From the NCBI RefSeq assembly GCF_018350175.1, contig NC_058382.1:51152001-51216000 (forward strand): a stretch of 64,000 nt of DNA, given 5' to 3'. Under the pieces are notes generated by a model. The model did no database searches and was not told the origin of the DNA. It saw nothing but the letters and a program-made list of their open reading frames with translations. The position numbers and the translations under genes were made by a program. Within the stretch, counting starts at the first letter, position 1. Every line of letters starts with the position of its first letter. Shown here one piece after another: positions 13,976-26,690 of the stretch. This DNA is from Felis catus (lineage: Eukaryota).

Positions 13976-15389
13976 CTTTAAAATACTTCAGTAAAAATAC
14001 ATGAGGGGATTTCAAAAAAAAAAAGGAGGCAAGGTTGATCCTTGCTGAATATGGATGTTGATTGTATGGGGATTTTTGAAAATACTATTTCCCTAGTTGG
14101 TGTGAGTTCCAAAAAAGGAACTGTGAAGAGTTTAAGATTACTAAATGCTATTTCTGAAACTTAAAATTATCACTCTGTAAATCATGTCTTGAACTCCGCC
14201 AAACTATTTATACAACCAAATACACCTCTTTTATACATATATGCTTTCATTTTTAATATACCATTTAACTTATACAAAAGTTCCTATTGACTCTCCATCA
14301 TAAAAGTGTGTCCATGTATATAAATTATGCAAAGATTAAACAATCTAAAAATTAATTTAGAAAATAAAGTGCCTGGTTTGTGACATAATTTTTCACTGTC
14401 CAAAGAAACGTGAGGACCAGCACCCCCCTTCTCTTCATTTTGCATCATTTACATACAATGACCTCAATCTGGGTCACAAAATGGTAATATTATTGCAGTT
14501 AGTACGATTAATTCACTTATTTGTTTATTTAGATTGTAAATCATTTTAATCAAATAGAAATGTCAAGGAAGTTGAGCCTTTGCATTTAAAGTTTTTAAAA
14601 AATTAAATAAGGTAGAAAGATCATTTTAATCACGACAAAAACATGCTAGTCTCAGAAAGCACTTTTTCATATTAAAATCACAAACCATTAAAAAACCCTG
14701 AACCCTTCCCCCAACAAGCCCTCTTTAGTTGCGAAAAATGGAAGCTTGTGAAAGTGCCACATCCCTATTTAGCAATTAGAAAAATTTAGGCTTCCCAAGT
14801 CTCAGGAGCGGCCTCCACATCTCCTCATTCATCAACCAACAGCACAAGTACAAGCGGAAAATAGCACGCAGCCACTCGCCGAGTAATGTGGCCACACGTG
14901 TCTTCAACAGGCAGGAATGCCTACCGCCCTCCTGACTTGTCATAATCTCTGCTCTTGTCCTGCTTCCCAAACACCTTATAATGGGGTCTCTAGCCTGGAG
15001 ACGGTGCACAGGGGCTTATCTTTCCAAACCTCATTTTCTTCACTTATTATGTTGAGATAATAACAGCATGTACCCCATAGAGCTGTGGTTATTAGGTGAG
15101 ATAATGCATGTGGAGTGGTCACAGTGCCAGGCATAAAAAAAAAAAAAGTCTCAAAATGTGAAAATAATAATAAAACTTCAAAGAACAGTTATGGAATTAT
15201 TTTTTCTTTTGTTTATTTTCATCACCTGAGGTTTTGGGGATAGTTCTAGAAAAACAGAATTCTGTGGGTAGAATTCTCCTTGCCTTGGATGGCCCAAACC
15301 ACCTGCTTTAGTCTGGGCTCTGACTCCATCAACTTGCTTGAATGAGAATCTGGTAAGAGGCAATCCCAGGAGCAAATTACGGCGCCCAA

Positions 15390-15900
15390 TTTAAGAAAAA
15401 GAATATAAGATGACAAATACGGAACTGTGGACAAATGCGTGTGCTTATTTAGAATGAGAAATTACAGAGAAATTATCTATAAAAATCTGAAAAACACCAC
15501 TGTTATTACAAAATGCAGACGCATGACACTTGTATTAATTGGGTGCCTAAAACGCATCCAGAAAATATTTTTTGGCTTGTTTCTCTTTTTGTAACCTGTA
15601 TACTCTGATTGCTTTCTTACATGGCAACAATTTTGTAATTTCACTTTCTCTAGAGAGAATAGAATGTTAATTTAGTCTTTCCTCTAGCACGGCTGACTGA
15701 ATTTTTTTTTTTTTTAGTTTTGATAGTTTGTATTCATAAGACATGCGACTTCACTTATAGATGTACCTTCTGTTTGCAGCACTACTACAGAAGAGTGCCT
15801 TACAAACACAGAAATTCTGATAAATTCTGGTTCACACTGTTTCCATAAAAAATGTAGAGTACATTTATAATTTTATACGCCGCATTATATTCCTGAGAAA
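15390..15900. mobile_element. hAT-Tip100 DNA transposon remnant (Zaphod-like)
   Basis: ttttgtaatttcactttctctagagagaatagaatgttaatttagtctttcctctagcac matches the recalled Zaphod consensus. Confidence 0.55.
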
Positions 15901-16330
15901 AATGAGAGATTAGAGAAACATGCCTGAGGTTACACAGCTGGCAGATTGCTGAGCTGGGGCTCCATTTCTGACAGCTGGCATTCATTATTACTCACATTTT
16001 TACCCAGCACTCCACATTACGCCTTCCAAACTAACACCCACACCCCTGACATCTTGATCAACCGTGAAGAGGGGAAGGGAGAGGACGGGAGACAAACTAG
16101 CATTTACTCAATAGTTGCTGTGTGTCAGGCTCGTAGGTTCGGCAATTTCCTGATCTCATTTACTCCTCAAAGAAACCCTGAAAGGTCAGTGTCATTTCCA
16201 CCAATTTACAAATGAAGAAACTGATACTGAGAAGTTCAAGGTTACCACATTAATAGAGAGGCAACTATACGGCTCTTAAATCCATGTTCTTTCCACCATA
16301 CAAATCTGATTCCTTTAAAAGGGAAGGGAA

Positions 16331-16547
16331 GGGGTGCCTGGGTGGCTTGGTCTGTTAAGCGTCCAACTCTGACTCTTGATTTCAGCTCAGGTCACGATCT
16401 CACAGTGCATGAGTTCAAGCCAGCATTGGGCTCCGTGTTGACAGAATCCCTATTTGGGACTCTCTTTATACCCCTCTCCTACTCTCTCTCTCTCTTCATG
16501 CCTGCCTCTCTCTTTCTCTCTCTCTCAAAAATAAATAAACTTTAAAA
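16331..16547 (+). mobile_element. Can-SINE
   Basis: Head, CT region, aaaataaataaac tail. Confidence 0.9.
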
Positions 16548-17094
16548 CAGAAGAGAAACATGTGAAGTGTCTGGGATAAAACTGTAAAATTCAACTCCAA
16601 GATAACATATTTTATGTAACAAATACTCTTGTTAGTTCCCTGTCCTTTCTTGGGTTGTAAATGGAATGGATCGACAAAAGCACTCCCTACTTGTCGCTCT
16701 AAACACTCCTTGATGATGGCTAACCTTATGCAGACCCACAGTGGCTAATGGACACTTGAAAACTCACGTGGGTGAGGAAGGGAAAGAAAGCACTGGAAAC
16801 ATATAGCTGCATATTTTAGTGTTTACAGCATACATGTATTTTTGCCTCATCCCTACAATGCTTATTGCCCCCAAAACATTTCCAGATTCCTCAAAATTAT
16901 TTGGTTACTTTTTTATCACCTGGCAACTTTTTATCCCTAAAAACACTAGTACACTATTCGGCCACACTTGTCCACAATACTAACAAAACCAAGTTTCTCC
17001 TTGTGATTACTTTGTTGTTTTTGTGGGGCGGGTTGGTTTTGCGTGCAATTTATTATGGTGGGAGAAAGGACTGCCTTCTTTCTTTTTACTTTTT

Positions 17095-17600
17095 AGGGTT
17101 TTTTTTTATTGTGGTAAAATATACATAAAATTTATCATTTTATTTTTAAGCGTAAACTATAGTCTATGCTTGAGGTACCTGTACATGTTGTGCAAACATC
17201 ATCACCTTCTATCTCCAGAACTTTTTCACCTTCCCAAACTGAAACTGTGTAACCATGAAACAATAACTCCCCATTCCTTCCTTCCTTCCTCCAGCCTCTA
17301 CCAACCACCACCACTCTTATTTTCTGTTTCTAGGAGTCTCAGTAAGTGGAAGCACACAATATTTGTCCTTTTGCGTCTAGCTTATTTCATTTAGCATAAT
17401 GTTCTCAAGGTTCATCTACATTATAGCATGTGTCAAAACTTCATGCCCTTTAAAGGATGGATACACATGCACACGCGCACACACACACACACCACATTCT
17501 GTTTTATCAATTCACCTGTCAACAAACATTTCAGTAATGTTTTCACCTTTTGGCTAGACCGAATAATGCTGCTGTGAACACTGGTGTACAAATATCTGTT
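17095..17600 (-). mobile_element. Old L1 3' end (L1MB-like)
   Basis: ttttattgtggtaaaatatacataa...cttatttcatttagcataatgttctcaaggttcatc...gctgctgtgaacactggtgtaca. Confidence 0.75.
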
Positions 17601-18134
17601 CTATCACGTAAGATGAGGAAGTTAGCACTATAAAAAGTGTTAATTTGAAATCTGCTCTGGTGATCCTGAGGTCTCCCCCCCCCCAACCCCCACCACAGTT
17701 GGGTCTGAGGCAGAGCGGGAGGGAACCTCTCTGTGGTTCTGCCACAGCCACTGTTTGTCAGAGGTAAAGCCTCATGTGAAAACTGTGCCATGCACTACTC
17801 AGGGTCCTTGTGTGGACATACATCTTCTCTAGGGTAGATTCCTACAGATGAAATGACTGGACCATCTTGTAATTTCCATGTGAAGATTCTAAGAGCCTGT
17901 CAAGTGTTTACTAAGTAGGTGTAATTTTTTTTTTCAGCAAAGGTGGGAAGATATCAGCCATTATTTATTCAAATACATGTTTGACTCATTTCTCTCTCTG
18001 CTTTTTCTCTTTCTGGAATTCCCCGGATGCATACACTGGTTGCCTGATGATGCCATGCCTCACAGGTCTCGTGCATTTTTTTCTTTCCTTTATTCAGATT
18101 GGATGGATTCTATTTTTTTAAGGAGCTCTTTTTT

Positions 18135-19161
18135 ATTTTTTATTTTTATTTTCTTCCGGAAGAAATCACATTTATTTATTATACTATGGGATCAGCGGAT
18201 TTTTTTTCCTCTATTTTTTTAATATGAAATTTATTGTCAAATTGGTTTCCATACAACACCCAGTGCTCATCCCAAAAGGTGCCCTCCTCAATCCCCATCA
18301 TCCACCCTCCCCTCCCTCCCACCTCCCATCAGCCCTCAGTTTGTTCTCAGTTTTTAAGAGTCTCTTATGCTTTGGCTCCCTCCCTCTCTAACCTCTTTTT
18401 CTTTTCTTCTCCTCCCCCATGGACTTCTGTTAAGTTTCTCAGAATCTACATATGAGTGAAAACATATGGTATCTGTCTTTCTCCGTATGACTTATTTCAC
18501 TTAGCATAACACTCTCCAGTTCCATCCATGGTGCTACAAATGGCCATATTTCATTCTTTCTCATTGGCACGTAGTATTCCATTGTGTATATTAACCACAA
18601 TTTCTTTATCCATTCATCAGTTGATGGACATTTAGGCTCTTTCCATAATTTGGCTATTGTTGAGAGTGCTGCTATAAACATTGGGGTCCAAGTGCCCCTA
18701 TGCATCAGCACTCCTGTATCCCTTGGGTAAATTCCTAGCAGTGCTACTGCTGGGTCATAGGGTAGATCTATTTTTAATTTTTTGAGGAACCTCCACACTG
18801 TTTTCCAGAGCGGCTGCACCAGTTTGTATTCCCACCAACAGTGCAAGAGGGTTCCCATTTCTCCACATCCTCTCCAGCATCTATAGTCTCCTGTTTTGTT
18901 CATTTTGGCCACTCTGACTGGCGTGAGGTGACATCTGAGTGTGGTTTTGATTTGTATTTCCCTGATAAGGAGCAACGTTGAGCATCTTTTCATGTGTCTG
19001 TTGGCCATTCGGATGTCTTCTTTAGAGAAGTGTCTATTCATGTTTTCTGCCCATTTCTTCACCGGATTATTTGTTTTTTGGGTGTAGAGTTTGGTGAGCT
19101 CTTTATAGATTTTGGATACTAGCCCTTTGTCCAATATGTCATTTGCAAATATCTTTTCCCA
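18135..19161 (-). mobile_element. 5'-truncated young felid LINE-1 (L1_Fc-like) with a 3' transduced segment
   Basis: 231-aa ORF2 C-terminal ORF (18439-19134); TSD taaggagctctttttt at 18119-18134 and 19162-19177. Confidence 0.95.
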
Positions 19162-19177
19162 TAAGGAGCTCTTTTTT

Positions 19178-19367
19178 AAAGTTTATTTATTTATCTTGAG
19201 AGAGCACACAAGCAGGAGAGGGGCAGAGAGAGAAAGAGAGGATCGCAAGCAGACTCCGTGCTGTCAGCGCAAAGCCCAATGTGGGGCTTGAGCCCACGAA
19301 CCATGACATCATGACCTGAGCTGAAATCTAGAGTCAGACACTCAACTGACTGAGCCACCAGGCACCC
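19178..19367 (-). mobile_element. Can-SINE whose A tail was the L1 target site
   Basis: TSD ttggatg(g/a)attctatt at 18099-18114 and 19369-19384 brackets SINE plus L1. Confidence 0.9.
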
Positions 19368-20846
19368 TTTGGATGAATTCTATTGCTGTATCTTCACGTT
19401 TTCTTATTCTTTCTTCTGCTGACTTAGGTCTGCTGTTGAGCACCTTCTGTGAATTTTTCATTTAGTTACTGTATTTTTCAATTTCAGAATATCCATTTGG
19501 CTCCTTTTAAAATAACTTCTGTCTTCTCATTAGGATCATTTATCAGATGAATCAGTGTCCTCATACTTTACTTTATGTACTAAAACATGCTTTCATTAGT
19601 TCTATGAGCTTATTTATAATAGCTACTTTGAAGTCTGGCTTCTAAGTCCATTGTCAGGATCCCTCAAAAACAGACTCTACTGACTAACTGTCTTCCCTGT
19701 GTATAGGTCACACTTTCCTATTTATTTGTACGTGTCACAAATTTTGTTGAGAACTGTAACTTTTAGATAATATTGTGTAACAAATCTGGATTATGATGTC
19801 CTGATATGGATTTTTTTGTTCTTGTTTGTTGTTTGTCTTTGTTTAGGATTAACCCCATAGAGTCTGTCTGACCTGCAGTGTGTGGACAATGTTCTCTGCT
19901 CACTTTTTTTTTTAATATTGGTTTTAGTTTTTATTTTTAATGGCTTTCCAGAGGTGTCTGGGTCAGCAGTGCTTAGGAGTCAGCCAATGATTCATTACAG
20001 GTTGTGCTCAAACACATGGAGCCAGTAAAAGCTTCTACTCTGCCAATGCATCTGTACCTGGGTTGAGAAATATAGTAATAATTCAAGTAATTTATAAGTA
20101 CTGAGCCTTACTATATCACCTTTGCACACGCGCAAGGCATTGGGTTCAGCCAGAAACAAGTAAAATGCTAGGACCCTCCCTGGTGAGCCCTAAGCATACA
20201 CAGCCTTATGCATGTACACAACTGTATAAACTTCGAGGAACATGTGGAGCTTATCGTTGTCCACAGGGCCCTTTCACTTCCACATTTCCCTCTTAAATTT
20301 CTGGCTCATCCACTTCCCACTGCCTTCCCCATCCAGGATTACAACATCGGACTACCTGTTGCATTGGTCTTCCTTGTTCATTTCTGTTTCCAACAATGCC
20401 CGAGGACATTCCCTTTCTCCAAGGTGCACTCCAATTTAAGCCAACCCTCTCTGATAGCAAATCTTCTTCATCTGCCCACAGAGTATCATCCCCGTCCAGA
20501 GAGGATCACCCTTCCTTCAAGGCAGCTGAAGTCCTCTCGATTCTGGATTGGCTAAAGAAAAACATTATCCATTCCTCATGTCTGCTCATCTTTATAAACT
20601 GGAGAAATGCATAACAGAGCAGGCATCTGTTGCCATAGTTCATTAAGTGCTCTCTCTGTGAGCAGCCACTTACAGGAAGGAAGAGGAAAAGGAAATATTC
20701 AATCAAGTATTTTTTCACTCCCCTGCATTTTATTCCCTCATTAGATTTTACCTCAGAACCAAAACAAAAACAAAATAAGCGAGCAAAGAAAAAAGCTTCC
20801 TGCCACATTACTGTTTTCTCCAGTTTGGATGCAAACACAGGATTAC

Positions 20847-20919
20847 CCTTTTCTTGGTTGATGGTCCTCAAAAGCAGCACTCTGAACCTAGTTCTCATTT
20901 CATCTATCTGCTCAAACAC
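20847..20919 (-). other. Candidate internal exon (73 nt)
   Basis: Acceptor ttattttcctctcctaataag|, donor AGG|gtaatc; apparently non-repeat sequence. Confidence 0.35.
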
Positions 20920-21916
20920 CTTATTAGGAGAGGAAAATAATAGGTGGCGTTTCTTCCAATAATAACTACCCGATACCCTACTAGTCTCCCAGGCTAGCCA
21001 TCTGTACTCAAGTGGACGTTCAAAGATTGTTTTCTACAGTGATAGCTACATTCCCAGTAACCTTCTAATTGAAAACTGCAGGGATGCTCAATGATGCTGC
21101 TCTTTGAAATTGTGCTGCCTCGACTGGGTTTTTATCAATCTCAAGGGTAGATGTTCTCAGTGGGAGGGGAGTCTCACTAGCCTTCACTTTATAAACATGA
21201 ATATAAGTCCAGAACCAAGAAAATACGTAAGCTACTTTCCTGGAAATCATACATCAGCTCAGTCAATGCTCTGTTCTTCCCTGAAGCCTAATTTTCCCTT
21301 AGAATCCAGAGCAAGCCAAGGACAGCTTTCTTGTATCCATCATTCCTTCATACATATCCATGTTCGGCTTCTAACTGAAGGAGGGTGACAATGGAGAATG
21401 GGCCATCAGACAGAGGTGCAGAGGAGAGAAAGGGGAAAAAAACAAACTTTAAAGAGGAAAGAGGATTGCCTGAGGGGAAAAAACCCAGGAAATACCTAAA
21501 TAGTTGGGTAAAACTGTTGGTTTCTCTCCAACAAAGGTTTTCTTGAAGGAGAGGCAAGAATCGAAATTCTAGCTTGGTCAATTACCAGATGTATTTCTTG
21601 GTTAATTTCTTTAAATTTTTTGAATTTCAGTTTATAATTCTGTAAAGTATGGATATGGATCGTGCCATTCCTCTTCCTCTACCCAGCACTTGGCATGAAA
21701 TTGGAAAATATCTTCCATTATATTTATGAAGACAAGGAGGAAGGGAGGAACCAAGCATTCTGTGTCTGCTTAAAAAACTCGGATGTATTTTGGTATACAT
21801 TCTTTAAGTCTCTTCCAGACATTTCCAACCAGAGATTTTCTACAAACTCTATGCTAAAGATCTTCAACTAAACCGAGTGGAGTGTTTGTAGGTTTTGGTT
21901 TTAAAAAGCAGATCTG

Positions 21917-23720
21917 GGGGGAGTAACATCCGCAAGATGGTGGAATAGGAAGCCCTACACTCTCCTTTATCCAGAAACACGGATTTAACAGCAACCAACC
22001 AACAAAATACCTCAGTGTGAAATGCAGAAACTAATTAAAAGGCTCCTGCACCATAGGTGAGCATGAAGCCGACCACATCAAAACCCAGCAGGTAGGTAAT
22101 TCACAACACTCTCCTTCCACTCTCTCGTCAGGGTCCTGTAGGGATAAACATACAGACAAATAGAGAAGCCTGTGGTGTTGTAGGGTAGATGAGTAAATCC
22201 TTCATCAATATGTACAGAGTATTTTTTAAAAGCATAAGAAGTCATTATAAATCTGTGTTAATATATATGCAATATAGAAAGAAGTAATTTGTGTCACCAA
22301 TAACATAACACACAAAAATTTATTCAAAATGGATTAAAAACCTAAATGTAAGGCCTGAAACTATTAAATTCCTAAAAGAAAAACACAGGAAAAGAGCTTC
22401 GGGACATTGAATTGGGTAATGACTTCTTGGATATGATACCAAAAGCACAAGCAAGAAAAGAAAAACTAGACAAATGGGACTACACCAAATTCAGAAACTT
22501 CTTCATATCAAAATAAGCAATTAACAGAGTGTTATGAGAGAAAATAATTGCTAGTCATATATTTGATAGAGGTTAATATACTGAATATGTAAGGAGCTTC
22601 TACAACTCAACAACAAAAGTTAATAACCTAATTAAAAATGGGCAAAGAACTTGAACAGATATTTCTCCAAAGACAAGCAAATGATCAATAAGCACATGAC
22701 AAGATGCTCAATGTAACTAATATTAGGGAATGTGAATCAAAACCACAATGACATCCATCAAGAGTGCCAGTCTCTAAAAAGCAGAAAACAAGTATTTGCC
22801 AGGATGCAGAGAAGTTAAGAACCCTTGTACACTGTCGGTGGGAATGCAGAATGGTGTGCCATTATGGAAAATATGAAGGTGCCTCAGAAAATTAAAACTG
22901 GAATTACCATCTGACCCAGCAATCCTACCTCTTAGTATATACCCAAATGAACTCAAATCAGAATCTTGAAGAGATATCTATACAGCCGTATTCATCACAG
23001 TATTATGCACAATAGCCAAGAGGTGGCAGCAACCCAAATATCCACAGACAGGTAAACAGACAAAGAACATGTGGTTTTTACATACAAGCGAGTACTATAC
23101 AGCCTTAGAAAGGAAGGAAATCTGGTCAGACTTGAACATGGATTAACCTTGAGAACATTTAGGCTAAATGAAGTAAGTCAAGGGCACAAGGACAAATACT
23201 ATATAATTCTATGCATGTGAACACCTGAAATAGTCAAAACCACAGAAAAAGAAAATTGAAAGGTGGTTACCAAGGGCTGAGGAGAGAGGGAATGGGAGGT
23301 AGCGTTCAGTGGACATTACGTTTCAATGTGGAAAAACGAAAAAGTTCTAAAGATTTTTTGTGACTATGATGTGAATATACATACACTTAACACGACTGAA
23401 CTACACACTTAAAAATGGTTCAGATAGGGGCGCCTGGGTGGCGCAGTCGGTTAAGCGTCCGACTTCAGCCAGGTCACGATCTCGCGGTCCGTGAGTTCGA
23501 GCCCCGCGTCGGGCTCTGGGCTGATGGCTCGGAGCCTGGAGCCTGTTTCCAATTCTGTGTCTCCCTCTCTCTCTGCCCCTCCCCCGTTCATGCTATGTCT
23601 CTCTCTGTCCCAAAAATAAATAAACGTTGAAAAAAAAAAAAAAAATTTAAAAAAAAAAAAAAAAAAAATGGTTCAGATGGTAAATTTAATGTTATGTTTT
23701 TACAATAACTAAAAATTAAA
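21917..23720 (+). mobile_element. Old L1 (L1MA/MB-like): 5' UTR-like piece joined to late ORF2 and 3' UTR; nested SINE
   Basis: Start ggggagtaacatccgcaagatggtggaatagg; ORF2 from ~22310 (caaaatggattaaaaacctaaatgtaagg); 3' UTR ...cacttaaaaatggtt. Confidence 0.75.
23427..23668 (+). mobile_element. Young Can-SINE (SINEC_Fc-type) nested in an old L1
   Basis: TSD aaaaatggttcagat; long A tail. Confidence 0.95.
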
Positions 23721-23829
23721 AATTTTTTGAAGTTTTAAATTTTCATTTGAACTAATTTGTTGTTTTTCACTGGGTAATGTTTTTGAAAAAAAATTTTAGT
23801 TCAATAAAAAAAAAAGTATTTAGATTCCA

Positions 23830-24497
23830 TTTGCAGTTCAGCAAAACAGGCCATTCAAGTCAGACTCTAGAGTCAGTCTGACTTGGATGGAAGACAGTCA
23901 ATCTAACTTAAGCCAGCCTATGGCTATTCTGTAGGTTCCTTCTGCTGACTTCAAGCACAATGGGGCTAAAAAACACTATTGATCACGGCCCTGATTTCCT
24001 AAAAATGTCAGGGACATTTTACACTTTTTCTCTAAGGCATTAAATATCAGGCCTGCCATTAAACAGATTGTGATAACAGACACAATAAAGCCAACTGCAA
24101 AGTTAACATTAAAGAATATTTCTCCAAAGGTCATGCTGCAGCTGTAGAATATCATAATGACCCTCTTCTTTGAGGGCTACTAAGTTTTTGGGTTTTTTTT
24201 TTTTCTTTTACAAAAGATGTCCTCAGCCCAGCTTTGCAGCTTCTATGATAGCAAACAATTCACAGATGATTCCTGCTTGGTCTAACTCTTCCTGAAAATC
24301 ATTTCACAAAAGCACAAGCCTCATAAAAAATAAATAAATAAATAAATAAATAAATAAAACGCTCTCCCTGCTCCTTCTTACTAAGACACACTTCAGGACT
24401 CACCTAGCACACCCTCCCTCATTGCATGAAGTCAATAAACCTACTTTTCTGGACAAAAAGTTTGCCCCCTGTGGTCACTGGCCGTTGGAATGTTTCA
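23830..24497 (+). mobile_element. ERV1-type solo LTR (MER34/MER39-like)
   Basis: gtcaataaacctacttttct...gtggtcactggccgttggaatgtttca resembles the MER34 3' end; internal (TAAA)n. Confidence 0.55.
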
Positions 24498-25399
24498 TCT
24501 TGCTTTCAGGAAAAGGACGTTTCCGACATATCCAAAACCAGCAGGCTTATGTAGGGGGCTTTGTTCTTCACCCAAACTAAAGATAAATCTGAGATTTGCA
24601 AAGACCATTCCCGTCTCCTGTCCTGGCTCACCATCAGTTAGTGCACCGTCATCAGGAGAACGGCTGGAAGCTGAGAAAGCCAGTTTTTCTAATCTTCCCC
24701 TGACAACAGTTAAGTGTCTCTGAGGTCCTTTAAACCGAACATCTCCTTCTCTGCACCCACGCACAGCTGGCCAGAAGGGTACCTCGGAGTTTGGATCTGA
24801 CACTCATCCTCCAACGCTGGCTCAAGACAGAATTAATCATTCAAGGTCTTGCAAAAATGTATCTTCAGACACACCTTCTTTGATTACCTTGAAACTATGC
24901 AACCTCTTCACAGACAAGCTCTAACACACCTCTTACTCATTTTTCTTCTTAGCACTTAATACTTCCTATATTTTGTTCATTACTTTATCAAATTCTTTTC
25001 TTAAGTTTCATGGTTTTTTTTTTAAATTTTATAATCATGACTCTTTTCTCCAATGTTTATCATAAATATTTCTTGTTCGTATTGCATTAGATGCTGCTCA
25101 AAAAAAAAAAAAAGATCAAAATAAGTAACTGATAGACTCTACTTTTGCTTTTTGGTTTTGGGGACTTTCTTGGCAGGTACAAATGTAGTTATAAAATCTG
25201 TAAGGAACTTTAGTGATCACAAAATGTTTCTCCTTACTTTGCAGAGACAAAACTGGGTGTGAAGGCAATTTGGAAATGCCCTGATTTACTGGTGACTGAA
25301 TGCCAGGTGATACTTGATTGGAAAAGGGAAGAGAGTAATGAAGTATGTTTTGAGCACTATACACATTTAGCATTTTGCCTTTTTATATTAATGAATATT

Positions 25400-25613
25400 T
25401 TTATTTTTAAATTTTTTAATGTTTATTTTTGATAAAGAGAGAGACAGATTGCCAGCAGGAGAGGGGCAGAGAGAGATGGAGACACAGAATCTGAAGCAGG
25501 CTCCAGGCTCTGAGCTGTCAGTACAGAGCCCGATGCAGGACTCGAACTCTCAAGCCGTGAGATCATCACCCGAGCTGAAGTTGGACGCTTAGCCGACTTA
25601 GCCAACAAGGAAC
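25400..25613 (-). mobile_element. Can-SINE
   Basis: Typical antisense body gagacacagaatctgaagcaggctccagg. Confidence 0.9.
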
Positions 25614-26399
25614 CTTTATGTTAATATTTTTTAAATTAAAAAAAATATACTTTATACTTGTTTAAACACGTTTCAATTGAAGAACCATGAATAGTCCACT
25701 CATGTCAACAAACGGCAATACTATTTAAGCTTTCACTGTGACACTTCCTGATGCCATCTTCCTCTTATCTTGTGAAAGAAAGGGTGCGGGACTATTCTGA
25801 ATTTTGTTTTCACCATTCCTCTGTTTATATTTGTAGTTCTGTCACTTATGTGTTCTTGAATTCACATCAGTGATTTCTTACTGTATGGATTCATTAACAA
25901 CTTGCTTTTTTCAGCTTTTGAGATTCATCATTTTCATGTTAACTCATAATGCTACATTAATTTTCACTCCTGTATAATACTCAAGTGTGTAACAATGTCA
26001 TACTTTATCCATTTGCCTACCCTGTGGATATGTTAAACTTAGCTATTTGGGCTGAGAGCGAAGGTGACCTGAGTCAACAAAATGTAACTATTTGCTCCAG
26101 GAGAGGCCCACGCAAAAGGACTGCAGCCTAACAGTAACATATTAATTATATTAATAATAACAATATTTCACTATTATCTTTAGGAAATTCTTGCAATTCA
26201 TTCTATCCAGGCAAACAGTTTGCATATCTAGAAAAACAATTATTTTATAAGGACAAGGCTTTGCTCATCTGGATACATGGTGAGCTTATCAGAACACAGG
26301 GATTAAAAAAAAAAAAAAAAAAAAAAACAACTGTAGCAGCCCAAAGGCAGGCAGAAAAGGGGGAGAGAAAGGATCCAAGGACAGATGGAACTAACAGAA

Positions 26400-26648
26400 A
26401 ACTTGTAGCAAGATGGGAAATTTAAATCCCCCCATACTAATAGTAACATTAACTGTTAATTGTCTAAGCACTGCAAGCAAAAGACAGAGATGGTCAAACA
26501 GGAGAAAAAGCAAGAACTATTTGTCATCCACAAAATACCACCTTTCAGTATAAAGAACAGATAGGTTAAAAGTAAAAAGATGGAACAGATGCAGTATGAA
26601 AACGCCAATCCAAAGAAAGCTAGCTAAATTAATAGGAGACAAAATTCT
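26400..26648 (+). mobile_element. Old L1M ORF2 endonuclease-region fragment (left flank of the retrocopy)
   Basis: aaaagacagagatggtcaaac...ataggttaaaagtaaaaagatggaacagat...aagaaagct resembles the start of ORF2. Confidence 0.65.
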
Positions 26649-26690
26649 CTGGTGCCTTTCCGTTGTAGGGGAACAGGTGAAGAAGCCGGG

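Larger units (their letters stand above)
17930..20600 (-). mobile_element. Old L1M ORF1/5' region, interrupted by a SINE and the young L1
   Basis: Degenerate antisense ORF1-type sequence continues on both sides of the 18099-19384 insertion; boundaries approximate. Confidence 0.55.

Noticed and set aside
18439..19134. 231-aa ORF (and the 173-aa ORF at 10639-11160) as host genes
   Set aside because: Both are LINE-1 ORF2 C-terminal fragments of 5'-truncated insertions.
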